Part shown: in pieces, positions 52,060-64,000 of the stretch | Position numbering within the stretch: the stretch's first letter is position 1 | Layout of the letters: every line of letters starts with the position of its first letter | Source: Podarcis pityusensis | Taxonomy: Eukaryota | DNA: 64,000 nt | Reading direction: 5' to 3' (one strand) | Assembly: GCA_964106645.2 (NCBI GenBank) | Contig: OZ067047.1 | Notes under the pieces: model-generated | What the model was told of the DNA's origin: nothing | The model's database searches: none | The model's input: only the letters and a program-made list of their open reading frames with translations | Position numbers and translations under genes: made by a program

Positions 52060-52610
52060 GAAGATGCCAGCACGCTTAACAAGCAGAGCCAAAGAAGCTA
52101 TTACAGGCAAGAAGGCCTCCTTTAAAAAAACAGAAGTCTTGTCCAAACAAAGAGAACAAAAGGAACACAAACTTTGGCCAAAAAAATGCAAGCAGACAAT
52201 AAAGATTGCTAAAAATAATTTGAGAAGCACATTGCTAAAAATACTAAAACCAACAACAAGAATTTCTTCAACTACAGTTGTAGCAGGACATCTGCTAGGG
52301 AAGCAGTTGGGCCCTTGGATGATAAGGGAATCTGAGGTGTGGAAAAGGAGGATAAAGTGATTGCACAGAAAGTGAATTTTTGTGTGTGTTTGTCTTCATA
52401 GTGGAAGATAAAGGGCAGATCCTGGTGCCTGAACTAACTTTTGCAGGAAGGGAGTCTGAGGAACTGAGGCAGATAGTGGTGGCAAGACACAAAGTTCCAG
52501 GCCTTATTGAAAAAATAAAAACTGACATATCGTGGCATTTAGCTGGCATGTACCCAACAGTTCTCAAAGAACTCAAATGTGAAATTGATGACCTTCTATC
52601 ACAAATATTT
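52060..52610 (+). mobile_element. Degenerate CR1-like ORF2 fragment
   Basis: Remnants such as YPTVLKELKCEI and NNKNF; many disablements. Confidence 0.6.
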
Positions 52611-52668
52611 AAAAAGGCATTTGCTAAACAAAATGTAGCTCTAATTGCAGACCAATTTGCTATCTTAC

Positions 52669-52807
52669 CATGAACATTCCCCAGCAGAATGTCACCAGCT
52701 GTTGAAGAGAGCAATGAAGATTCTGCATAAAGATATTTGGCTTTTAATAAGCCGTTTTTGGTAGAAATGTGAATAGATGACCCTTGTAGCTTTTCTATAT
52801 TCACACT
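52669..52807 (-). CDS. FAM185A: FAM185A exon, SVNIEKLQGSSIHISTKNGLLKAKYLYAESSLLSSTAGDILLGNVH
   Basis: ttacag acceptor and gtaaga donor; 139 nt, phase 0 to 1; adhesin-like beta repeats. Confidence 0.9.
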
Positions 52808-54125
52808 CTGTAAAAGGGGGAAAATGAATAAATTAATATAAGAGAATTACAGCCAAGAAACAGACAAACATCAGTTCATCTTAATGATATATTAAGCTAC
52901 ATCTTTCACATACACATGTTCATAGAGCTCCAGATATCTGCTAGCTAGAATCTTCAGAATAGACGGGAGGTGGGGATGAATATTCATCCAAGGATGGTAT
53001 AGAATGTCTCCAATTGGTTTTATTTTGCAGGTAGGATTCGGGCCCATACTGTAAACGTAGCCATAAAATTAAAGCACTCTGTCACAAATCCACTTTAGAA
53101 ATAGAACTGGACTTTTTGCAGGTTGGAAAGTGAAGGGAAAATGCATTGAAAAGTTTAGAATGAATAAATGACTAACAAGAGGACGTAAAAACACCCCACA
53201 AGCAAATCGGGAAATGCAGAGTGAATGCTCATTGTCATATAACTGCCCCACAAACAAATCAGAATAACTGTTCAATAAAGATGGAGTATTATCTAACCAT
53301 GTAAGTCTTGTGCAAGCAAATCAGGATGAATGCTCAATAACTAGATTGTCTGGAGAAGCCCATAGAAGATATTAACTATAAAAGGTTGAAATTATTGTTC
53401 AAGCAGAAAACTGAAGCAGAGGGAGGAAAGAAGGTTATCCAGTCACTTTTCCACCACAGAAGTTCAGAAAGCGGTGACAAAGGAACATCAAATACACAAT
53501 ATACAAGCAAATGCCTGATAATGTCAGTGCCAATGACTGAGGAGAAGTGAAGCTGTACCTAAGCTGAGGGGAAGGGTGAAGACAGCATGAGATTCTGTGT
53601 CTGGCTCCTCTCTGCACCAGTCCCATGTGGCTTGTCCATGTGGAAACCTGGGAAGCTAGTCAACTAAATTTTACTCAGTAGATTAAGTAAAATTAATGGC
53701 TCTAACGTCATCATGTTCACTAATTTCAATGGGTCTACTCTGTGTAAAACTTAATTGGCTACCGCAGTTGATACCTATGGTTCTCTTCACGTTGTCAACA
53801 AAGACAGACAAAGCTTGCAGCTAGAAGTTATGCACCAGAAAACAGGTGCATTGATTTACAAAATTACAGTCTGTGAAATTTCATAACACTGAATTAGCAT
53901 TAGAGGTTGAAGTACTCCCTTGATGGTGGGACAAATGGCCAGAACTGTGGTTGTGGGCATGGATAACGTATACAAAGGAGAGTAAGAAGCTAGAAGATAT
54001 ATGGCACTGCAAGTAAACAGGTAAAGCAACATCTACTTTTTTGAAGAGTCTGCTACGTTCATGTAACAGCTGGTCGCAAAAAGTGAAAAACTCATTGCCT
54101 GCAGCAGAGCATTTGACTGGAACTA

Positions 54126-54367
54126 CAGTGGTACCTCGGGTTAAGTACTTAATTCATTCTGGAGGTCTGTTCTTAACCTGAAACTGTTCTTAACCTGAAG
54201 CACCACTTTAGCTAATGGAGCCTCCAGCTGCCGCCATGCTGCCAGAGGACGATTTCTGTTCTCATCCTGAAGCAAAGTTCTTAACCCGAGGTACTATTTC
54301 TGGGTTAGCGGAGTCTGTAACCTGAAGCGTCTGTAACCTGAAGCATATGTAACCAGAGGTACCACTG
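54126..54367. mobile_element. Tc1/mariner MITE, family A (opposite orientation)
   Basis: TIR CAGTGGTACCTC; TA TSD. Confidence 0.88.
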
Positions 54368-54728
54368 TACAGCTTTAATGATTGCTAAAGCCCAGTGTCA
54401 CCATCAAGGCCCAGGTGTGTGGATTTCTGTCTCTAGTGCAGTGGTGGGAGTATTTTTGGCCCAGTAGGCCAGATTCTCCTGTGGCCCAATTTCAACAGGT
54501 GGGTGGGATAACCCACCTGCCAACCACCTAGCATCACTATGGTATCATATGACTGACAGGTGAGTTGCCTCACTTACTTGTCAGTCCATGGTGCAGCACT
54601 TCCCAAGAGTCCAACAGCCACCTGGTTGTTGGGTGCTTGCGAACTGCAGAGAAAGGGGCTTTGCTGCTCTTGCAGCAACAAGCAGTTTGCATTGAAACTG
54701 CTGCTAAAATGGAGGAAAGAAACTAATG

Positions 54729-54864
54729 CAGGCTTCCTCAACCTCGGCCCTCCAGATGTTTTTGGCCTACAACTCCCATGATCCCTAGCTAGCAGGACCA
54801 GTGGTCAGGGATGATGGGAATTGTAGTCTCAAAACATCTGGAGGGCCGAGGTTGAGGAAACCCG
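54729..54864. mobile_element. Palindromic hAT MITE (136 bp)
   Basis: Foldback; perfect 8-bp TSD AACTAATG. Confidence 0.85.
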
Positions 54865-56204
54865 AACTAATGGCTCAGCCCCAGTTGCCTCATTGGCTGC
54901 AGCTGGAATAAATTAGCAAGCTCTTGGGAAATCAGAACAATTTACATCAAAAATTCAAGAGCCTCAACACTGGAGCTGTTAGCTTAGGTCTTTGGTCTTC
55001 CAGCTTGGCAGTCCATGGTTGTACCCTGGACTGCCTTCCTAACCTGGTTGGTATTCTGCCTAGCTTGTTTGCTTGTGCTGGAGAACAAGGGCTATATTCA
55101 AGAAATGGTCTGGCATTGGCTTATCCCAGGAATCCCTGGCAAAAGTATCACTCTGCAAGGATGCGCTTGGGCACACCATCTGGTTTTGATTTGGCTCTGG
55201 CCACAGCACAGTTTTGTCAGTGTGCCTGACAAGAAGACATATATTATGCCTGATTGTTGCAAAAGTGTAGTAAGGCTGGAAAAGCAAAGGAACAATAACA
55301 TCTACAGAATATCTGAAATCATGACCATATGATTTCAGCCCTCCCACTCATTCATGATGTTAGGGTTTCCCTAAAACTGATGCTCTGTAGAAGGCTGCCA
55401 ATAGTGGAGAAGAGGGTCAGTAGATTAACACCAGTCTCCCAGCAGGATCAAATGGTGGCTCAAGACAGATGTGGATGGAATCAGCTGATAAATTCTCCAT
55501 TTTTTAAGAGACGAAGAAGGATACAGCAGGCAGCCAGAGCAAGAGCCAGGATAATAAAAGTCTAAAGATGTTTTACCAAACGAACAGTTTCTACAGTCAC
55601 ATTGGAACTATTGTAAACACGAAGACTATAATAGATACTAATACCTTATCAAATTTAATTGTGTTCTACTAAGCTCGGTTTGACTTATGCTGCAATAAAA
55701 CATTCAGATGCTTTTAATTTTCCGGTTCAGTCCTGTCTCATATGCAATTTTGTGACCCAGCATGCCTATCTGATTTAAAGCTGTGTATTAATTTGGCTTA
55801 AAATCTGCTCTAGCATTTCAGCACGATCTATCACAGCCTTATAAAATGAAGAACTGTATGATGTAGTCAAGCTGCTGACAATTCCTCCGAAACAAAGAAG
55901 ACTCTCGACCAGATGCTCAGCAACGCATCACACCTCTCTACGGAACACAGTATCTCTTACTTTCAACCACTGTTAAGCAAGACTCGGGTATCAATTTGAC
56001 CCCATGTCAGCCTGCTTATGTGTACGTACGCCAGATAACTGGGGTCAGACATCAGCACTGAAAAATCATGCAATTACTGTCTACAAGGCAGTTTAGCGCT
56101 TCCATCCCTTGGTCAGTTGGGTACACACACCAGTAGGTACGATGTGATAAGGAGAATTGGGTGGGGAACCACATCTGAAATGCCAGTGGGATTTTAGTCT
56201 AGCC

Positions 56205-56340
56205 CAGGCTTCCTCAACCTTGGCCCTCCAGATGTTTTGAGACTACAATTCCCATCATCCCTGACCACTGGTCCTGCTAGCTAGGGATCACGGGAGTTGT
56301 AGTCCCAAAACATCTGGAGGGCTGAGGTTGAGGAAGCCTG
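56205..56340. mobile_element. Palindromic hAT MITE (136 bp)
   Basis: TIR CAGGCTTCCTCAACCT; TSD GkCTAGCC. Confidence 0.85.
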
Positions 56341-57170
56341 GGCTAGCCTCTCTGTGGAGAGAGGCAGCCCCAGGAAACAGTTGCTGCTTGTTTTTAGCTG
56401 CTAGTTGGGTTAACCCCATTTTATTTCTTAAAATTAAAAACAAAGCATTTGAATTAATCTGCAGGTTTTTAAATGTTCATCCCAATCTCTCTCTCTCTGT
56501 CTCAATGTTTTAAGCATTTGCCCCAGTGACTGAAGTAGAAAGTGTCCAGTTTCATTGCCAGGGGAATTATAATGCACAGCTACAAACCTCTGACAGTCTT
56601 GGTTTACACTGGAAACGCTGACAGAGCCCTAGCTACATAATGATGACTGTAGTCGATGGAACAAAATTGTCATAAAAGCCCACATGGCAGATAAAATACA
56701 GGCTGATTGCTAACAGAAATGGCTCTTCGAGAAAGCAAGCCAAACTTCTTCCTCCAAAAAGTTGGCTGCTCTGCTATTGTGCTTGGAAGATAAGTGTTAT
56801 ACATGTCAGTTTTGACGCTTAATTCTACAGCTGTGATTTTGCTGGTTTATATGTAGGGTTTACACACCGAGACACACACCACAGAACATTATATGGTCAC
56901 TGCAAGATAAATTAGTATATTATAAATTCTATGTTTCTCATCTGGATAAAAAAAATCTTCAAAAGAACATGTGAAGTTAATCACTAGCATACAAATCAGG
57001 TCTGTAAACAAAGGATGAGAATACACTCAATGAAGGGTTACTGCGCAAAATGCAATCCTTTGTCAATTTCTTCCTCTTTCCTCCTACAATATTGAGGCAC
57101 TGTTAGCTACATTGTCATTGTATTGTACATTTCCTCATGTATGAACATATCACTGGTGAGGAAGGGTAAA

Positions 57171-57507
57171 GGTAAAGGTAAAGGGACCCCTAACCATTAG
57201 GTCCAATCGCAGACTCTGGGGTTGCAGCGCTCATCTCGCTTTATGGGCCAAGGGAGCCAGTGTACAGCTTTCCGGATCATGTGGCCAGCATGACTAAGCC
57301 ACTTCTGGTGAACCAGAGCAGCACACGGAAGCACCGTTTACCTTTCCGCCGGAGTGGTACCTATTTATCTACTTGCACTTTGATGTGCTTTCGAACTGCT
57401 AGGTTGGCAGGAGCAGGGACCGAGCAACGGGAGCTCACCCCGCCATGGGGATTTGAACCGCTGACCTTCTGGCTCTGTGGTTTAACCCACAGCGCCGCCC
57501 GCGTCCT
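57171..57507 (-). mobile_element. Sauria SINE
   Basis: Reverse complement of the consensus; flanking repeat TGGTGAGGrAGGGTAAA. Confidence 0.9.
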
Positions 57508-58567
57508 TGGTGAGGGAGGGTAAATGAGCCTAAATGCTATGGGGCCAAATGTTTGGCAATGTCCCCCAGTCAAGCTGAGCCTTCCCCAATCCAGTTCCCT
57601 TCAGATGTTCTTTACCACAACACCCATAATCCCCAGCCATTGCTCATGCTTGACTTGGGATGATGGGCATCCCAAAGCGTCCAAAGCGTCTTGAGGTTGA
57701 GGAGGGTTGGTCTAGCGCCACTCACTGCTAAGTGCTGACATGATGTCGCTGGCAGCTGCAGAAGTGACTAGTGGGGGCAGGCAAATCAGCTCTGAATATC
57801 TCTTTGGACCCAAGACCTGATGCAGCCAACCTCCTGCATTGCAGGGCAGGAGGTGGACTAGATGAGCCTTGGGGTCCCTTCCAACTCAACACTTCTATGA
57901 CATTGCCTTACAAACACTGCTAAAACTGCTTTGTATACTAAAATATATTTATACAACTTAAGCAAGTTTACTAAAATTAAGTCGCACTGAGTTCAAAAAG
58001 GACTTCGCAGCAATCTGATACACCAGACGTCTCCATCCTGGGACCATGACTCCACCAGCTCCAGCCAGTTTAGCAAAAGTAAAAGTTGATGGGAATTGTA
58101 CTTCAAAATATCTGGGAAGCACCATGTTGGGGAAGGCTTCTGCAGTTGGCAGTTACCTGGGAGTAAAGGAAGTCAATGGGGCTTCGTTCTGAGCATAAAT
58201 GTATAGCATTTCAATATGACTCCCTAGCACGGTCAATGTTTCAGCTTGCAATTATCTACGGATCATGTCCAATTCTTATTTTCTAGACTTTTCCAGTTTG
58301 ATATGTGAAATTTTTCACGCCATTCACTTTTGTTTCCTGATTTCCACTTCCTGAAATATGGCAGCCCTACTTTAGTATCTCCCAGCCAGAACTGGAAGTG
58401 TGTATTTTCCTATACTATCTATTAAGATTCTTATGGCTACCGCAATAACCCTACTTATTGTACTTTCTTGCTTTATCAGAGATTATTACATATGCTGAAA
58501 TACAACTCCCGGCTGTCTTTTAAAACAGCTGTATGTTAACACAACAGTGAGTTCTTCACCCAGTGTA

Positions 58568-59289
58568 CAGTGGAACCTCGACTTATGTACGGCTCTACTT
58601 ACATACAATTCCAGTTACGACCTTCAGTAGGTGCTTCGACTTATGAACTTTCCTCTAGATACAAACAGAGGCCTTGCCAGCAGCCCAGAGCTCTCCCAGC
58701 CAGCTGTGGTGCAGTGCTGGGGCCTCCGCCGCTGGGGAGAGGCCTCTGGTTTTCCGGAGCTCACCCCGCCAGCTGCGGAGCAGTGCTGAGGCCTCTGTTG
58801 CTGAAGAGAGGGCCCCCATCCCACCCCCAAAGCTGTGGAAGAGGTGCCGCCTGCAAGAGGCACAGCAGGGCACACTGAGGCCCCAAACCCTGCCGAGGAA
58901 CCAACCTGTGAAAGTCCGGAGAAGAACCTGGCCTGGCAAGAAAAAAAACTGACCCTGGCCAAAGTGAATCAGGTCCTTACTGACCCTTGCCCCACCCCCA
59001 GCTTGTAGCCAGATAAGCCCACCCACCCTCAGTGCACGTAAGAAAAAAAATTAATGTTAATTTTTTTCATCTACAATACTGTCTTATTTATTTTATAGTA
59101 CAGTACATTGATTATCGCCTTTATTTTATGGATCTATGGTCTCGTTAGAAAGTAAAATCTGTGTTAAATTGAACGGATCAATTCACTTTTCCATTACTTT
59201 CTATGGCAAAGCGTGCCTCTACTTATGTATGTTTCTAGTTATGGCCGGACCTCTGGAACAGATTATGGTTGTAAGTAGAGGTTCCACTG
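58568..59289. mobile_element. Tc1/mariner non-autonomous element, family D (722 bp)
   Basis: TIR CAGTGGAACCTCkACTTA; TA TSD. Confidence 0.85.
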
Positions 59290-60235
59290 TATTCTCAACA
59301 AAGTAAAATGAAGCAAAAGTCCTATAGCCAGGGCTTACTCCCTTGTAAATGCAGTTAGGATTGCAGCCTTAGTCTCTCTGATCAATTCATCTTGGCTGAG
59401 GTAAGCCAAAGGAGGTCGCAAATAATCTCTATGCTCTTACAAATTCACTTTAAATTATTTCCAAGGAACTAGCTGGAATTATTATTCCTGCAAGCAATTC
59501 CAGCAATAAACTAAGCACACTTGAGATATCGCTCTTTTCTTGCAGGCCTTGAATGGATGGGAAAATTCTCTGCTGTCTACCTATGAGATATTTATTTACC
59601 CCTCGGTGCTGCTCAAGTCAGGGTCACATTATACACATCTCAAGGAACAATAACACTTTCCAATAACAAAGCAAACAAGCCAAAGGCGCCATCTTCTGGA
59701 AAATACCTGGAACTAACTGAAGTTTCAACACCTCACCTGCATTTCCACAGAAGACGTGAATTTCAGTTGTGTTTACAATACTGTTGCCTTGGGATAATTA
59801 GGGGGAATTAACATCCATTGAATGCCATCTCAGCCATGTGCCCATTTAAAAATTATGGCCCTACATTTTGAGAATAGCTTGCCTACGACTGGGATATTAA
59901 ATCCAAATCTAAAAGCGGATTCATTCTGCAGGGTTTAACTTCCACTTGCCGAAGAAGTTATACTGAAAGCAATTTGACATTTGTAGAGAAAAAGGAAGCA
60001 ACAGCATAATGTATGTGTCTAATTTCAGAGACCTATAATAGAAGCACGTTCAGCTCAAATTCAGTTGCTGGAATCGCAATCACTTTTCACAGAGTCAACT
60101 TGTTGTTGCATTATGCTAAATGGGGCTTGCCCAAGACATTTTGCTGCCTGAGGCAAAGGGAAAGATTGTGTTCAACACACACAAACACACACCATTCCAT
60201 TTAGAAAAGCTGCCCAGACTGGCTGTTGAATTTTT

Positions 60236-60565
60236 GGCCTCATCTGCACCATGCATTTAAAGCAGTATCATAACACTTTAATCAGTCCTGGCTTTCCCCC
60301 CAAATAATCCTTGGAAATTGTAGTTTTTTTAAGGGTGCTGAGAGTTGTTAAGAGACCCCATTCCCCTCTCAGAACTACAGATCCCGGAGTTTCCTGGGAA
60401 GAGGGATTGTTAAACGACTCTGAGAACAGCAGTTCTGTGAGGGGAATAAAGGCCTCCTTACAACTCACAACACTCTCAAACTAAAATTTCCAGGATTTTG
60501 AAGGGAAAGCCATTACCGTTTACAGTGGTATGATACTGCTTTAAATGTATAGCACAGATGGGGCC
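60236..60565. mobile_element. Long-TIR foldback MITE (PIF/Harbinger-like)
   Basis: Imperfect TIR of about 45 bp, GGCCyCATCTG...CATTTAAAGCAGTATCATA; TTT/TTA flanks. Confidence 0.65.
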
Positions 60566-61118
60566 TTAGTTCAAGATTGGCAATGCGACGGAATTCCACC
60601 ATTGCATCTGAAGACAACAGGGTCTCTTAAGGGGTGTGGAGAAGGACATGAAGAGCACACACAGTTCTGTCCACTCCACACCCCTCAGCATCTGCCACCT
60701 GAGGTAGCTGCCTCACTCTGTCTCACAGTAGGGCTGGCCTTGATGCTAAATGTAATAATATTTGCTTTATAATAGGCATTGCTAGTTTCTACAAATAGGT
60801 TTTCCACTCCACACCCTGGTCTATCCAACGTAGGCGCTATAACTTTAACTTCAACGCAAGCAGGTGCAGTTTTCCCAGTCCAGAGAGACAATGAAAGGAG
60901 AACGGTACTTGCTGAATTTTTCCTGCCCCACAGCTGTCAAAGACACAAAGCCTCTGTCTGAAAAAAAACCTGCAATAGTCACAGAACTTGAAAAAGTGAA
61001 GACACATATTCTCACGAAGATTTTAAAAGCCCATAATGTTATTTTTGTAATGTATTTCTTCAATGTATTTTATAGGTGACCCAAATAATAGTAGTCCACA
61101 CATTTTAAAAATGCTTAC

Positions 61119-61211
61119 ACTTTCTTGTGACACATGAATATCAGCATTTCCTTGAAGAGTTCCCAGGCAGATAACTTTCCCTCCTTTAGCTTGAATGTCA
61201 ATTTTCTGACT
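61119..61211 (-). CDS. FAM185A: FAM185A exon, SQKIDIQAKGGKVICLGTLQGNADIHVSQES
   Basis: tttcag acceptor and gtaagc donor; 93 nt, phase 0 to 0. Confidence 0.9.
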
Positions 61212-61503
61212 CTGAAACAGAATTGTATACATGTTAAAAGAGTTCAGTTCTTATTTTTTTGAAGACAGTTATGATGGGCCCTAACTAGGATTTCACCTGC
61301 ATCTCTTGGCTGTTATTATGGAAAGTGATACGTCAATTAATTCTTGCAGGACCCACAATTATATCTGCATGGCTAAAAGAGTTCCAGGTCTGAATTTCTA
61401 CTTATTATGCAGTTGCAGGAGAGGTCCCAAGAAAAGACTTGCAAAAAATATATACAAGAGGATAGAAAACACAACTCTTGTACTCTTGTATCTATACTGG
61501 TAC

Positions 61504-61613
61504 CTTTATTGACCGCAAGATGCTCGTTCCCTTTTCTGTCTCTATTCTGCAGCTGTTACATTCAATTTTCTCAGTCTTCACACAGCCATTCCCTGTTGTC
61601 TTGATATCCAAGT
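61504..61613 (-). CDS. FAM185A: FAM185A exon, DLDIKTTGNGCVKTEKIECNSCRIETEKGTSILRSIK
   Basis: AG/GT boundaries; 110 nt, phase 1 to 0. Confidence 0.9.
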
Positions 61614-62304
61614 CTAAAATCAATTTTAAATAGTGGAGATAAATAGAAACAAATTCAATGCAAAGCAATCTAAAATTTTGGTTTCCTTTAGCAAAACAAT
61701 GTAACAGAGTGAAAAAAGAAGCACCCCACTTTCAAAGCATGTCCTGAGTCCCCCAAACAAACAATTAGTGTCACATGTCTGCATCTGAAGTGTTAAGGAA
61801 AAAATACATATTACAGCGATGTGTAGGAAGGACAAGGAATATATTTAAAATATACCCAGGTTACGGAGCCAAATTATTAGCAGTTATGACATGTGTACGC
61901 TACTCTTCCCCCAAGGACAGCATATATGGAGCTTATCTAATGATTTTATTGACAATAACCCTGTGAGACTAATAAAGACTGTGACTGGCCTAAGGTTACA
62001 TGTTGAGCTTTGCGAATGGCAGGATTGGAATGCAAGTTTCCCCAATCCAAGTCCAACAGACTACCCACCAAGTGACTTCACCATAATAACTGTCAAAGAA
62101 AGGAAAGATGCTTTCTGGGTTTAGCCTGGTGATAGTAGCAGGAAAGAGAAAAGCTGAGCTGACTAAACAGCTGGGATTTAGCCAGCGTTCCTAATTTTGC
62201 CAAGACATCTTCCTGAACTCTGGCCTTGCAGCAGAAGCTTTTGAGCTGCAGTAGTAAACATTATGACTCCTGTCAATAGCAACACTGGGTCTCTTATCGG
62301 TGTA

Positions 62305-62520
62305 CAGTGGTACCTCGGGTTACATACGCTTCAGGTTACAGACTCCGCTAATCCAGAAATAGTACCTCGGGTTAAGAACTTTGCTTCAGGATGAGAACAG
62401 AAATCACATGGTTGGCAGCAGGAGGCCCCATTAGCTAAAGTGGTGCCTCACGTTAAGAACAGTTACAGGTTAAGAACAGACCTCCAGAACGAATTAAGTT
62501 CTTAACCTGAGGTACCACTG
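62305..62520. mobile_element. Tc1/mariner MITE, family A
   Basis: TIR CAGTGGTACCTCrGGTTA; TA TSD. Confidence 0.88.
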
Positions 62521-62691
62521 TATCTGCAAAAGCTGGGAAGTAGCAACTTGAATGGGCCACATTATCTACTATGGCATGCCAAACTGAAATTCACAGCTGA
62601 AGAAACGGCCATCCTAACCGCTCACCACAGAGCATGGGGCACTTCTTAAATGTCACAGCAGTGCCTCTTTTTGACCAGTTGCTGCACATAC

Positions 62692-63157
62692 CAAATTTTA
62701 CGGGGGTCCTCACATCCACAGAGACTGCGCTGTCCATGTCTTCTGAGATTATCGTAATCTCCTTTCGCACCTCATCATACTTCACATGCAAACTATCCAA
62801 ATCTGCACCCTGCACGGGGCCAGCGGTCGCCCCACGCACCGTCACGAACACCCTGTCCGCTTGGGGGTACTTGTGTGGGTCCAGAGGGTGCACAGAGACA
62901 TGGCAAGGGAGCCGTGCCTTCAGGAGGCCATAGGGGCCAACAACCAGAGTCCACTCCTTGAGAGGCTTGCTGCCCTTCCGCTTGCTCGCTTCGGACTTGC
63001 TGCAGCGACAAGGACTGGCAGCAAACCAGCGAGGCTGCTGGCAGCTGCCAGTCCACGACCTTCGCCCAGTGACGCCTTCGCCCTTCAGCAACCGATGCCA
63101 GCTCCCGGCCACTGTCCTCGCTGCCGTGCACCAGCCTCTTGGGGCCACAGGCCGCAT
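62692..63157 (-). CDS. FAM185A: FAM185A first coding exon (Arg-rich, presequence-like N-terminus; KEWTLVVGPYGLLKARLPCHVSVHPLDP...VRTPVKF)
   Basis: ATG at 63157; upstream acceptor ttctttgcag at 63214-63223; gtatgt donor; 466 nt, phase 1; peptide recognised as FAM185A. Confidence 0.85.
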
Positions 63158-63357
63158 CCTGCACTGCCTTGAGGCTGCTTTAAGGGGTCCTTCTGACACG
63201 CAACACCCCAGCCCTGCAAAGAAGAAAATGAAAGTGCAAAGGGAGAACTTGCGCTCCAGGCTCTGGGCTGGGCATGGGACACCCCCTTCCCCCCCCTCCC
63301 CAAGACCCTTTAGGGCAGAGGTATCTGCATTACGGGGACCCCCCTCTGCCCACTTAC

Positions 63358-63480
63358 AAACCCATCCTGGAAGTTTCAAAACAACAAGCGCAGAACCGGT
63401 GAGCTGTACTAGCAGCGATTGGCCAGTCCAGTGGCGCCGAGGTGGCTGCTGGGAATTGTGGTTCTCTGCTGACGTCGGAG
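63358..63480 (-). other. FAM185A: Probable non-coding exon 1 of FAM185A (5' end approximate)
   Basis: Strong donor gtaagtg at 63357-63351 pairs with the acceptor at 63214 (144-bp intron); lies inside the CpG island. Confidence 0.5.
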
Positions 63481-63800
63481 CGTTGACGGAGCCTGAAGGC
63501 CGAACTACAAGTCCCGAGAAGCTGAGCGTCTCCCGGGGAAGCTTTGGCCCATGAGCGGCTGGGGGAGGCGGATGTCTCCCTGCCTCCCTCAGGACAGGAT
63601 GGAGTCTTGCGGCTGCCCAATAGGAAGCGCGGAGGGCGGGACTGGAAGAGGAGAGCCGGTCTCCATGGCAACGCAGGGCGCTGACGGGGCTCCAGCCTCT
63701 CCGGCGGCGGCGGCGGCGGCGGCGGCGGCGTCGAGGTTTCCCCGGAGGGAGCGGGGCCGCGCGGGGAAGGTAAAGGAGCAGGCGCGAGCTGGTTTAAAAA
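63400..63800. promoter_or_regulatory. CpG-island promoter, probably bidirectional: CCAAT (63418-63422 -, 63617-63621 +), ZNF143-type motifs (63447-63463 -, 63504-63515 +), CRE-like TGACGTC (63470-63476), GC box (~63634), RFX X-box GTCTCCATGGCAAC (63659-63672)
   Basis: High CpG density; motifs read directly from the sequence. Confidence 0.75.
63702..63730. repeat. (CGG)9-10 trinucleotide repeat in the CpG island
   Basis: Read directly. Confidence 0.95.
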
Positions 63801-64000
63801 GGAGGGAAGGAAGCCTGCTCTGGGCGCGAGGGGAGGAGTCGTGGGATTTGAAGAGATGGAAGGGGTCCCCGAGGGTCATCTAGACCGACCCCCTTCAGTG
63901 CAATGACGCGGGAGAAGGAAGCGGAGCAATGGCGTCTGGAACTTGGATTCGTCCGCCCCAGAATGTGTTTCAAGGGCACAAGCAGCCCAGAGAACCCCAC

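Noticed and set aside
62591-63379. 262-aa ORF as a single-exon gene
   Set aside because: Only 62692-63157 is FAM185A coding; the flanks are intron or UTR read-through across clear splice sites.

Overview
Vertebrate genomic DNA, almost certainly from a lacertid lizard, since it carries four copies of a Podarcis-type Sauria SINE. Two host genes lie tail-to-tail: the last 8 coding exons of FBXL13 (+ strand, 1531-24986) and the complete 8-coding-exon FAM185A (- strand, 63157-26588, 399 aa). Both models have GT-AG junctions and consistent phases. The right end is a CpG-island promoter with ZNF143, CRE, CCAAT, GC-box and RFX X-box motifs, probably bidirectional and shared with CCDC146 (inferred from synteny). 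The main accessory element is an intact, very young Tf1/sushi-type chromoviral Ty3/Gypsy retrotransposon (13640-19130, - strand) inside an FBXL13 intron. Its 408-bp LTRs differ at one base and it has a CTATC target-site duplication (TSD). It shows (i) a tRNA-independent self-priming structure, (ii) an H-type pseudoknot behind a non-canonical -1 slippery site, and (iii) a Pol C-terminal tail that reads about 100 codons into the 3' LTR. Just upstream of the LTR, that tail carries tandem acidic F-x-G-F motifs resembling LEDGF-IBD/TFIIS-N-domain interaction motifs, a candidate undescribed integration-tethering system. The rest consists of solo LTRs, L2/CR1/RTE LINE fragments, Tc1/mariner, hAT and Harbinger-like MITEs, and microsatellites. 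All calls were made by eye; no database searches were run.
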